Made by a program: the position numbers and the translations under genes. Of a DNA stretch of 64,000 nt, positions 19,146-27,847 are shown piece after piece; within the stretch, counting starts at the first letter, position 1, and each line of letters opens with the position of its first letter. The notes beneath the pieces were generated by a model. That model was given only the letters and a program-made list of their open reading frames with translations, made no database searches and was not told where the DNA came from. This DNA comes from Solobacterium sp. (GTDB lineage Bacteria; Bacillota_I; Bacilli_A; Erysipelotrichales; Erysipelotrichaceae). The stretch lies in the NCBI GenBank assembly GCA_017469355.1, contig JAFUGM010000065.1, positions 29,263 through 93,262 of the forward strand. Direction: 5' to 3'.

Positions 19146-20075
19146 TCAATAGTTATTGCCATGCATGGAGTTGTGGACCTTCATATTTTCTACGGAGTTT
19201 CCTTCAGGATGGAAATGTTGGAGATGAGTGATTGACAGCTTTCTGTAATTCAGGGGGCTGACTCCTACCATGGAAGAAAACCGTGTGCTGAACGATGCGT
19301 CATCGCTGAACCCGGTTGCTAGTGCAATCTCATGGACGGACATATCGGTTACTTCAAGGTATTCTTTCGCCTGAGTGATGCGAAGAGAAAGAATGTAGTT
19401 ATATGGAGTCGTTCCCATGTATTTGCGGAACATTCGCATGTAATACGCTCTCGACATGTGTGCAATGTGAAGCAGATCGTCAAATTTTATATGCTCTGTA
19501 AAGTGCTGCTGAATATAGGCGGCACTTTTTTCAATTAATTTGTGATTTCGTGTGAGCGGTTCTTCCGGGCGGAGTACCATACCGGTCAGAAGTGTATGTA
19601 ACAGGAGACTGTCTTCCAGCACAGTAGAGGAAGAAGGGGTTTTTAGATTCTCAAGTATCGTTTCAATATGAGATTTGAAATCAAGGGAACGGACTGGCAC
19701 TGCGGTATTGCGCTGATTCGGGATGAGCAGTTCCTCGATTCCTTTCATTCCTTCTCCATCAAAGTGAATCCAATAGTGTGTCCAGATTCCCACATCAGAT
19801 GCCGTTCGATAGGATTGAGGACTGCGACAATTGAGAACGACTGCCATGCCCGGAAGTAATCGAATGGTTGTATCGTTCTGATGAATGATACCGCATCCTT
19901 CAATGGTAAAAAACAGAAGATAGCTGTCTTTATAATCTCGCTCTGTATAGAAGTGTTCTTTTGCGTAAAAGATTCCTGCTTCGGTACAGAAAAAAGACTG
20001 CTTTAATGCAAGTTCGGTCGGAGTAGTTCGTAACCAGAGGCTCTCCGGTTCAATGTCGAGGTTATATGTCAACAT
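19146..20075 (-). CDS. AraC family transcriptional regulator (RhaR/RhaS-like role)
   Basis: MSRAYYMRMFRK...GFSDDASFSTRF; divergent from rhaB. Confidence 0.9.
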   Translation of the reverse strand: MLTYNLDIEPESLWLRTTPTELALKQSFFCTEAGIFYAKEHFYTERDYKDSYLLFFTIEGCGIIHQNDTTIRLLPGMAVVLNCRSPQSYRTASDVGIWTHYWIHFDGEGMKGIEELLIPNQRNTAVPVRSLDFKSHIETILENLKTPSSSTVLEDSLLLHTLLTGMVLRPEEPLTRNHKLIEKSAAYIQQHFTEHIKFDDLLHIAHMSRAYYMRMFRKYMGTTPYNYILSLRITQAKEYLEVTDMSVHEIALATGFSDDASFSTRFSSMVGVSPLNYRKLSITHLQHFHPEGNSVENMKVHNSMHGNNY

Positions 20076-20184
20076 AATCTGTATACTTTTTCAAAAAAAC
20101 AGAATACTAATCTCGATAGAATCATATAATAACAAGCCCTATACTACAAATAACTCAGAAGAAAATTAATAAAAGGAGGAGGAT

Positions 20185-21609
20185 ATGTCGTCTTATCATC
20201 TTGCGGTGGATATCGGGGCATCTTCCGGTCGACATATGATCGGCTGGCTTGAAGACGGAATGATTCATCTGAAAGAGATTTATCGCTTTGAGAATCGACT
20301 GATTCATAAAAATGATCATCTCTGCTGGGATATTGATCACCTATATGAAGAATTACTTCAGGGATTGAAAGAGTGCAAAAAACAAGGTTATGAGCCTGAG
20401 ACGATGGGAATCGATACCTGGGCTGTCGACTATGTTCTTCTAGATAAAAACGGTAACCGGTTGGGGGACGCAGTGTCTTATCGTGATGACCGAACAAACT
20501 CCATCCGTGATGAATTAGAGAAGAATGGGATTCTATCGTTTGAAGAACATTATGGAATCACAGGAATCCAGTACCAGAAGTTCAATACCTGTTATCAGCT
20601 TCTTGCCTTGAAAAAGGAAAACCCAGAACTTCTGGAACAGGCTGACTTTATGTTGCTGATTCCGGATTACCTGAATTATCTGCTTACTGGAATGAAGGCA
20701 CAGGAATATACCAACGCAACTACAACCGGGCTTGTGAATGCAGAGTTAAAGACCTGGGATGAAGAATTGATCAATCGTCTTGAACTCCCATCACATATCT
20801 TTCTGAATATCTCTCCTGCTGGCACAATACTTGGAGAACTCTCAGAAGAAGTACAAAAAGAGACAGGCATGAATATCAACGTGATTCTGCCCGCAACCCA
20901 TGATACCGGGAGTGCATATCTTGCGGTTCCCGCCGCGGATGAAAATGCTGTATTCCTGTCTTCTGGAACCTGGTCATTACTGGGTGTTGAAAACAGGAAT
21001 GCGATCACCTCAAAGGAAAGCTGTCAAAAGAATTTCACGAATGAAGGTGGGTACGATTATCGATATCGGTATTTGAAGAACATCATGGGTTTATGGATGA
21101 TTCAAAGTATCCGGAGGGAATTAACGGAACCGGATGGTACTCTCCCATCCTTTCCATCCCTGATTGCGGCGGCCAAAGAATTTCGGGAGTTCCCCTCGGT
21201 AATTAATCCTGATGATGATCGCTTCCTGGCTCCAGCTTCCATGATTGAAGAAGTAAAATACGCCTGCGCAGATACCAGGCAGGCAGTGCCAGAACAAATT
21301 GGTGAAGTGATGCAGGTAGTTTATAACTCCCTGGCACAGGATTACGTACGAGCCATTGAAGAATTACAGACATTAACAGGAAGGACATATACGGCACTTC
21401 ACATTGTTGGAGGTGGCAGCCAGGATATGTATCTTAACCAGATGACCGCAAACGCTACAGGGTTGCCTGTTTATGCTGGGCCTGTTGAAGGTACGGCTCT
21501 TGGGAATCTTGTAGCGCAGCTTATTACAACTGGCGAGATTGAAACATTAAATGACGCAAGGCGCATGATAAAACACAGTTTTGAAATCAAGGAGGTATAC
21601 CCGCAATGA
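20185..21609 (+). CDS. rhaB: Rhamnulokinase (FGGY family)
   Basis: LAVDIGASSGR, GIDTWAVDY, HDTGSAY, SSGTWSLLG, FTNEGG, KNIMGLW. Confidence 0.9.
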   Translation: MSSYHLAVDIGASSGRHMIGWLEDGMIHLKEIYRFENRLIHKNDHLCWDIDHLYEELLQGLKECKKQGYEPETMGIDTWAVDYVLLDKNGNRLGDAVSYRDDRTNSIRDELEKNGILSFEEHYGITGIQYQKFNTCYQLLALKKENPELLEQADFMLLIPDYLNYLLTGMKAQEYTNATTTGLVNAELKTWDEELINRLELPSHIFLNISPAGTILGELSEEVQKETGMNINVILPATHDTGSAYLAVPAADENAVFLSSGTWSLLGVENRNAITSKESCQKNFTNEGGYDYRYRYLKNIMGLWMIQSIRRELTEPDGTLPSFPSLIAAAKEFREFPSVINPDDDRFLAPASMIEEVKYACADTRQAVPEQIGEVMQVVYNSLAQDYVRAIEELQTLTGRTYTALHIVGGGSQDMYLNQMTANATGLPVYAGPVEGTALGNLVAQLITTGEIETLNDARRMIKHSFEIKEVYPQ

Positions 21610-22439
21610 CAATATTAGATGTGGAATTTGTAAATGGATTTATTCGCATGTGCAATGACGGCTGGCTTCAGGGCTGGCATGAAAGAAATGGTGGAAATCT
21701 ATCTTATCGTCTCAAGCCGGAAGAAGTTGAAAACGTAAAATCGTTCTTTCATGAACCGGGAGAATGGAAAGCGATAGGCACATCTGTGCCAGCTCTTTCC
21801 GGTGAGTATTTCATGGTGACTGGCTCAGGAAAGTACTTTCGAAATGTCATTCTCGATCCCGAGGATACCACATGCATTATTGAACTGGATGAACAGGGTG
21901 AGAATTATCGGATTTTATGGGGACTGCGGAATGGAGGAAGACCAACCAGTGAACTTCCAAGTCATCTTATGAATCATGAGGTTAAGAAACTCGCAAGCAA
22001 TGATACACATCGTGTGATTTACCATGCGCATACAACGAATGTCATAGCACTTACATTTGTGTTGCCTCTCCAAGATGAAGTGTTTACACGCGAGCTTTGG
22101 GAAATGGCTACAGAATGCCCGGTGGTATTCCCGTCAGGAGTTGGCGTTGTCGGATGGATGGTTCCCGGAGGTCGCGATATTGCGGTCGCTACAAGTGATT
22201 TGATGAAGAAATACGATGTTGCTATATGGGCGCATCATGGAATGTTTGTGTCGGGAGAAAACTTCGATCTGACATTCGGTCTGATGCATACCGTTGAAAA
22301 GAGCGCAGAAATTCTTGTGAAGACGCTCAGTATGAGCCCGAATAAACTTCAAACGATCACACCACAGAATTTCCGGGATCTTGCGAAGGACTTCAATGTC
22401 ACATTGCCGGAACGATTCTTATATGAGAAGGGAGAATAA
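21606..22439 (+). CDS. rhaD: Rhamnulose-1-phosphate aldolase
   Basis: GWHERNGGNLS, PTSELPSH, VIYHAH, WAHHG, VEKSAEI. Confidence 0.93.
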   Translation: MTILDVEFVNGFIRMCNDGWLQGWHERNGGNLSYRLKPEEVENVKSFFHEPGEWKAIGTSVPALSGEYFMVTGSGKYFRNVILDPEDTTCIIELDEQGENYRILWGLRNGGRPTSELPSHLMNHEVKKLASNDTHRVIYHAHTTNVIALTFVLPLQDEVFTRELWEMATECPVVFPSGVGVVGWMVPGGRDIAVATSDLMKKYDVAIWAHHGMFVSGENFDLTFGLMHTVEKSAEILVKTLSMSPNKLQTITPQNFRDLAKDFNVTLPERFLYEKGE

Positions 22440-22441
22440 TC

Positions 22442-23863
22442 ATGTTAGTAGAAACGAAAGCCAGAGTCGGCGTATTCTCAATTGCCCTTGGCGCATATCT
22501 GCCCCAGTTTCCAAGCCTGGTGCCAGAATTTCAGTCGCAGTATGAGGAGTTCAAAAAGACAATTCCCAACACCGTCGATCTGATCGATGGAGGTATTGTC
22601 ACTACGAAAGAACAGTCACAGGCCGCAGGTGATAAATTCCGTGCCGCAGATGTAGATCTTGTGATTATGCAGCTGCTGACGTATGCGACCAGCTATAATA
22701 TGCTGCCGGCAGTACGTGACCTGGATGTACCTGTCGTACTTGTCAACGTACAGAAACTGAAGGCCCCGGACTATGAACATACCGATAATGCAAAATGGCT
22801 TGGTGAGCTTTATGCGTGTGGAGCAGTTGGTGAAATGGTCGCGGACCTGAATCGTGCAGGAAAGCGGCATGCAGTGATTACCGGTGTTGTTGAAGGTGGC
22901 GATCCGGAAGTTCAGAAAGAAATTGAGGAATGGTGTCGTGCTGCTCAGGTAAGACGGCGTTTCAGAGATACCAATCTTGCGCAGATTGGAAGACCATATC
23001 CAGGTATGATGGATCTTTATATCGATGAGACAAATCTGTATCACCGGATGTGGGTTTATACAAAACAGTTTGACTGGGAGAAAATGTGGGCGATTGCGGA
23101 TCACATTACAGATGAAGCGGCAATTCGTGCCAAAGCTGAAGATATCCTGAACACCTTTGAGATCGAAGGAGATTCATCGATTGAAACGGTGTGGGAGATG
23201 GCGAAGTACGTTGTGGCGTTTGAACAGTGGGTGAAAGACGAACAGATTGGTTTGATTGCGTCTCATTATGATGGATTTGCGCAAGGCGTCGCCGGGAAAC
23301 TGGACAGTATGTTAATTCCTGCCTTCTCCATGCTGATTAAACAGGGGACTGCATGTGCGGTAGAAGGTGATATCAAAGTTGCGATGGCAATGTCCATACT
23401 TAAAACCATTTCCGGAACCGGTCAGCTTTCAGAAATGTATTCGATCGACTTCAATGAAGACATTTGTATCATCGGTCACAGTGGCAGTGGAGACGCGGAT
23501 ATTTCACAAGCCCACAAACCTACAATGAAGGTGGTTCCAGTCTTTCATGGAAAAACAGGAGGAGGATATCTCACACAGTTCTATCCACCTGCTGGACCAG
23601 TCACTTACCTTGCGATCACTCAGGACCGGGATGGACACTTTAAATTTGTTGCGGCAGAAGGAGTGAATGAAGAAGGACCTATATTCATGTTTGGTGATAC
23701 GAATATGCGTACGAGATTCTCTTGCGGAGCCAGAGAATTCATGAATAAATGGAATGAAGCAGGGCCTACGCATCATATGGCCGCCGCAGTCGGAAGGCAT
23801 ATTGATACCATTCAAAAGGTCGCAAAGATCTTTAATATACCATGTGAAGTGATTGTTCGATGA
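22442..23863 (+). CDS. L-fucose/L-arabinose isomerase family sugar isomerase
   Basis: IGRPYPGMMD, CAVEGD, SEMY, GHSG, GPTHHMA motifs of the FucI/AraA fold; 473 aa. Confidence 0.8.
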   Translation: MLVETKARVGVFSIALGAYLPQFPSLVPEFQSQYEEFKKTIPNTVDLIDGGIVTTKEQSQAAGDKFRAADVDLVIMQLLTYATSYNMLPAVRDLDVPVVLVNVQKLKAPDYEHTDNAKWLGELYACGAVGEMVADLNRAGKRHAVITGVVEGGDPEVQKEIEEWCRAAQVRRRFRDTNLAQIGRPYPGMMDLYIDETNLYHRMWVYTKQFDWEKMWAIADHITDEAAIRAKAEDILNTFEIEGDSSIETVWEMAKYVVAFEQWVKDEQIGLIASHYDGFAQGVAGKLDSMLIPAFSMLIKQGTACAVEGDIKVAMAMSILKTISGTGQLSEMYSIDFNEDICIIGHSGSGDADISQAHKPTMKVVPVFHGKTGGGYLTQFYPPAGPVTYLAITQDRDGHFKFVAAEGVNEEGPIFMFGDTNMRTRFSCGAREFMNKWNEAGPTHHMAAAVGRHIDTIQKVAKIFNIPCEVIVR

Positions 23864-23907
23864 TATATAAGGACGAAATGCCTTAGGTAGTTGAGATACA
23901 GAGTTTG

Positions 23908-23943
23908 ATAGCAGCACTTGGAAATCGAGCGCTGCTATTTTTT
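23908..23943 (+). terminator. Intrinsic terminator of the rha operon
   Basis: ATAGCAGC...GCTGCTAT stem followed by a T-run. Confidence 0.7.
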
Positions 23944-24001
23944 GCTTTCTACAGTGAATTTCATATTACTCGTGGGTCATAACTCATTTCGCTACTTTTG
24001 A

Positions 24002-24048
24002 ATTCTATTCCAGAAAATTAAAAAAATTTCATTTTTCTGGAATAGAAT
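24002..24048. promoter_or_regulatory. Perfect 16-bp inverted repeat upstream of the ATPase gene
   Basis: ATTCTATTCCAGAAAA (24002-24017), 15-nt spacer, TTTTCTGGAATAGAAT (24033-24048). Confidence 0.6.
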
Positions 24049-24074
24049 ATATACTGAATTTGGAGATATACATC

Positions 24075-25271
24075 ATGAACATTATTGAGAGAACGGAATA
24101 CCTGGATAAGCTGATTGGCTGTATCGGTACACCTGACATTAAAGTGATAACCGGAATCAGACGATCTGGGAAATCGATTTTAATATCTCAGTTTTCTGAT
24201 TATCTGAAGAAATCAACGAAGAATTTAAACCTGATATACATAGATCTTCAACAATTGGATTATGTGGATCTTCTGGAGTATAAAAGTCTTCATGACTTTT
24301 GTGTTGGGAAACACAAAAAGAATAAAACCAATGTTTTGATCATTGATGAGGTTCAGCTTTGCGATGGTTTTGAAAAGGCAATTAACAGCCTTCATTCCAA
24401 AAGAATATATGACATCTATTTGACTGGCTCAAACGCATTCTTGTTAAGCAGTGATCTTGCGACACTGTTTACTGGAAGGACAATTGAGGTAGAGGTTCTG
24501 CCATTCTCATTTTCGGAGTATCTTCAGTATTTTGAAAGAAATGATATTCAAGAAGCATTTGATGATTATTTTAAGATTGGTGGGATGCCCGGCTCATATG
24601 AGTATCATGACGAACGTAGACGATATGACTACATTACGGATGTTTATCGCACTATTATCGAACGAGATTTGTTCCAAAAATATAGAATAAGGAACAAGAG
24701 AGAACTGATGCAGGTGTCAGACTTCATGTTGGATAACATTTCAAACTTAACGTCACCTCATAATATCTGCGTGGAGCTTAACAAAGACTATAGTCAAATT
24801 ACAGAAAAGACTATTTCAAAGTATATTTCGTATCTGGAAAGATCTTTCGTTTTGTATGTGGCTAATAGATATGATCTGAAAGGGAAGAAATATCTCAGAA
24901 GCAGTAAAAAGTATTATGTGGCAGATCATGGAATACGGTATGCCGTTTTGGGAAGCAGAAATCTGGATTATGGCAGGACGTATGAAAACATCGTTTATCT
25001 TGAACTGAGAAGACGTGGGTACGATGTATATGTAGGCAAGCTCTATCAGAAAGAGATCGATTTCGTGGCGACGAAGCAGAGCGAAAAACTCTATATACAG
25101 GTTTCTGATGATATTTCGCAGGAAAGCACGTTAAAAAGGGAATATGAACCACTTCTAGCGATTAAAGATGGTTACCAAAAGATCATAATTGCAAGAACAA
25201 GGCATCCGATGTACCAATACGAAGGTATCAAGATTTTTGATATTGCAAGATGGCTGGCAGGCAACGATTAG
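24075..25271 (+). CDS. AAA+ ATPase (AAA_14 + DUF4143 type)
   Basis: TGIRRSGKS, IIDEVQ, LTGSN, YENIVYLELRRR, EIDF; start ATG 24075 behind GGAG. Confidence 0.9.
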   Translation: MNIIERTEYLDKLIGCIGTPDIKVITGIRRSGKSILISQFSDYLKKSTKNLNLIYIDLQQLDYVDLLEYKSLHDFCVGKHKKNKTNVLIIDEVQLCDGFEKAINSLHSKRIYDIYLTGSNAFLLSSDLATLFTGRTIEVEVLPFSFSEYLQYFERNDIQEAFDDYFKIGGMPGSYEYHDERRRYDYITDVYRTIIERDLFQKYRIRNKRELMQVSDFMLDNISNLTSPHNICVELNKDYSQITEKTISKYISYLERSFVLYVANRYDLKGKKYLRSSKKYYVADHGIRYAVLGSRNLDYGRTYENIVYLELRRRGYDVYVGKLYQKEIDFVATKQSEKLYIQVSDDISQESTLKREYEPLLAIKDGYQKIIIARTRHPMYQYEGIKIFDIARWLAGND

Positions 25272-25618
25272 TAACAAGAAGAGAGATTTCATAATGCATG
25301 TGCATTGATTTAAAGAGATTACCTCTTCACTGGAACAGCCCAAAAATAATAATTCATAAGGTATCGGATAATGGCATTTGATCACAATGCAGTTTATCTT
25401 TGCTATCTCGAAATCCGGAATCTTTGATGAATGGAAATTAAAGTGCAGAATACTATTCTGGTTTTGAGAATAAGAGAGATAGAATATATAGAATCGTTTG
25501 GCAATACTTACAAACTGAGGATTTAAAAACTTGGCGGTTTTTTGCGTTAATATTATTGGAGAATGAAACTGTCATTAGACGGCTTAACAATGATGGCAAA
25601 CTAATTAAGGAGAGAAGA

Positions 25619-26443
25619 ATGAAGTGGATATTTATCACAAACAGTAAGTACTTTAATTTTGAAGCTGCTATTAGAGATGATGAAGTAGGATTTAAAGACA
25701 ATAATTATAAAATTGAACCGGGCGACATCGTTTATATCTATGAAGCTGGGAAAGAAAAATGGATTCGGTTTAAATGTGTTGTGACAAGTGCTAACAATGA
25801 ACGTACCGTTACTGATGAAAGAAAATATGGGGGATGGGGGAAAGATGAACCCATATTCAATTTCACTGTTTCCCTGGACTATGAGTTTAGTTCTCCAATT
25901 ACGTTTAGTCAGCTAGTTGAACATGGAATAAGTCCAAAACGTATTTCAGTCACGAAAAGCTCAAGAAAACCGGAAGTGTTTGAATTCTTAGAAGAATGCG
26001 AGGCATTGGATCGTATAAGAAATGAACCTCAGGAAGCGGAAGAGGAGACTTCTGTTATTGGAGGAGAGCGTACCGCAACGGTAAAACAGAGAATCAATCA
26101 GACATACTTCCGGGATCGTCTGATTAAGAAATATGGAAAATGTGCTGTATGTGGCAACGATGAAATCAGACTGTTGAATGCCAGCCATATTATTCCGTGG
26201 CGTGATTGTGATGATAATGCAAAAATAGAGCTTAATAACGGGTTGCTACTTTGCCCAGCTCATGACCGATGCTTTGATCTTGGCTATATCAGCTTTGATG
26301 AAAATGGAAAGATTATGGTTTCTTCCAAACTGTCAAAAGATAATAAGGCATTGTTAAATATCAAGTCTTCACAGAAGATAGAACTGACCGAAGATATGAA
26401 GCCTTATATGGATTACCATCGTAAAAACATCTTTCAGAAATAG
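25619..26443 (+). CDS. EVE/PUA-like domain + HNH endonuclease (putative modification-dependent restriction nuclease)
   Basis: N-terminal MKWIF...IEPGDIVYIYE; C-terminal CAVCG, ASHIIPW, NGLLLCPAHDRCFD; start ATG 25619 behind AAGGAG. Confidence 0.8.
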   Translation: MKWIFITNSKYFNFEAAIRDDEVGFKDNNYKIEPGDIVYIYEAGKEKWIRFKCVVTSANNERTVTDERKYGGWGKDEPIFNFTVSLDYEFSSPITFSQLVEHGISPKRISVTKSSRKPEVFEFLEECEALDRIRNEPQEAEEETSVIGGERTATVKQRINQTYFRDRLIKKYGKCAVCGNDEIRLLNASHIIPWRDCDDNAKIELNNGLLLCPAHDRCFDLGYISFDENGKIMVSSKLSKDNKALLNIKSSQKIELTEDMKPYMDYHRKNIFQK

Positions 26444-26521
26444 TTGAACCGAGTTGGATTTTAGATTCATATTCTGCAAAAATAGCGAATGAACCATGCT
26501 GTTAGAAATAGCCTAAAATAG

Positions 26522-26550
26522 AAAAAACCGCATCACAACAATGCGGTTTT
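26522..26550 (-). terminator. Terminator downstream of the tRNA
   Basis: AAAACCGCAT...ATGCGGTTTT hairpin. Confidence 0.7.
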
Positions 26551-26557
26551 AATGTGA

Positions 26558-26630
26558 TGCCGACTACCGGATTCGAACCAGCGACCTACTCATTACGAAT
26601 GAGTTGCTCTACCAGCTGAGCTAAGTCGGC
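26558..26630 (-). tRNA. tRNA-Thr (anticodon CGT)
   Basis: GCCGACTTAGCTCAGCTGGTAGAGCAACTCATTCGTAATGAGTAGGTCGCTGGTTCGAATCCGGTAGTCGGCA folds as a cloverleaf; CCA not encoded. Confidence 0.97.
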
Positions 26631-26644
26631 GCAAACGCATGACT

Positions 26645-26673
26645 ATTATAAGCGAAGTGCGGTATGCTTTCAA
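26645..26673 (-). promoter_or_regulatory. SigA-type promoter of tRNA-Thr
   Basis: TTGAAA-17 nt-TATAAT on the minus strand just upstream of the tRNA. Confidence 0.8.
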
Positions 26674-26694
26674 TGAGGACTTACCGGAGGAATT

Positions 26695-27606
26695 ATGAGT
26701 AATCGAACAGTTTACAGCCCGGTTTCAGAGTGGCTGAATATGAATAAAGGTGCACGTCTTGAAGAGATACGTTTACGTTCCGGAAAGACACTTACCGCAG
26801 AGTTTGACCCGGATGCGCCACAATATTTTGAAACCTTATGTAATGGAGAAATACTTTCTGCTGCTGGGGCAGATATGATTTTTCTGAGAGGATTCAATGT
26901 GCCGGATCCCGCCATTGCGGGAATCACCGTCAAGGAAGAGAAGGATACAATTCGTGCCCTGAAACATCTGACTGGAAGGCCGGTTGGCATCTTTCTCGAA
27001 CCAGTACCTTCTAAGGAAAGCCGGAAAGCATCTACAGGGGTATCCCGCTTTATTGCGGCGACACCCGGCAATGCTTTAAAAGCCGCAGCCTATGGGGTGG
27101 ATATGATTGTGCTGATCGTCAATCCGGAAACTGGTGGAGATACCTCATCCATTAATGACACTCTGAAAGAATTCAAAAAAATAATCGGAGATAAGGTGAT
27201 TCTTGGCACAGGAAAGATTTACCCTGATGGGAATGCGGATGAAGATCCGATTCTTTCCATTGATGAAATCAATGGATTTGTGAATAATGGGGCAGATGTA
27301 ATCGTACTTCCTTCTCCCGGAACCATTCCGGGAATTAATCAGGAATGGGAAGCTTCACGCATCCGGCAGATTCATTATCGTAAGCGGATCGCAATGAGTA
27401 TTTCCGGACCGGTGCTGAACAGTCAGTCCCAGAAACTTGTCATGGAAGCCGCAGTACGCTCTTATCAGGCAGGAGCGGACATTCACCATATCATGGGAGA
27501 TGGATTCTTCTGTATGACTTCATATGATACGGTAATGAATTACTCTCTGGCTCTTAAGGGGAAAGAAGAAACACTGTTCCGTATCGCCGCTTCGATTAAC
27601 CGTTAA
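26695..27606 (+). CDS. Uncharacterised TIM-barrel protein (family often annotated PEP-phosphonomutase-like)
   Basis: GADMIF, LTGRPVGIFLEP, GADVIVLPSPGTIPG, GADIHHI, YSLALKG...LFRIAASINR; 303 aa. Confidence 0.6.
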   Translation: MSNRTVYSPVSEWLNMNKGARLEEIRLRSGKTLTAEFDPDAPQYFETLCNGEILSAAGADMIFLRGFNVPDPAIAGITVKEEKDTIRALKHLTGRPVGIFLEPVPSKESRKASTGVSRFIAATPGNALKAAAYGVDMIVLIVNPETGGDTSSINDTLKEFKKIIGDKVILGTGKIYPDGNADEDPILSIDEINGFVNNGADVIVLPSPGTIPGINQEWEASRIRQIHYRKRIAMSISGPVLNSQSQKLVMEAAVRSYQAGADIHHIMGDGFFCMTSYDTVMNYSLALKGKEETLFRIAASINR

Positions 27607-27635
27607 TTGATTGAATCGTACAGGTGAACTATAAT
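27607..27635 (+). promoter_or_regulatory. SigA-type promoter of glmS
   Basis: TTGATT-17 nt-TATAAT. Confidence 0.7.
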
Positions 27636-27659
27636 GATTCCCGTCATGGAGCTTTGAGG

Positions 27660-27800
27660 TAAGTTAGCGCCAGGCCTGTGAGATCTCACAGGTGACGAGG
27701 ACCGGGTAGTTATCGAAAGATTCGGCGGATGACCCGGAGGATTGATACGTCCTGAACAATGGGAAAAACCAGTCGGTGACGGCTGAACAGATCCATTCGG
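27660..27800 (+). ncRNA. glmS ribozyme (GlcN6P-responsive riboswitch)
   Basis: AGCGCC, P1 CTGTGAG/CTCACAG, GACGAGG, TTATCGAA...TTCGGCGGATG core directly upstream of glmS; 3' end approximate. Confidence 0.92.
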
Positions 27801-27847
27801 TATCCTCCATGATTGTTTTTCACTTGAAATCAGGAGGATATTTTTTC

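Noticed and set aside
25272-25560. CMCIDLK reading as a relic of a Y-family polymerase gene
   Set aside because: Only a few residues match, a stop lies directly upstream, and there is no further similarity
26555-26560. tRNA-Thr lacking an encoded CCA
   Set aside because: This is common in Firmicutes, where CCA is added enzymatically
27660-27800. glmS ribozyme as a novel RNA
   Set aside because: It is a canonical, well-described riboswitch in its usual position, so it is listed as a feature only
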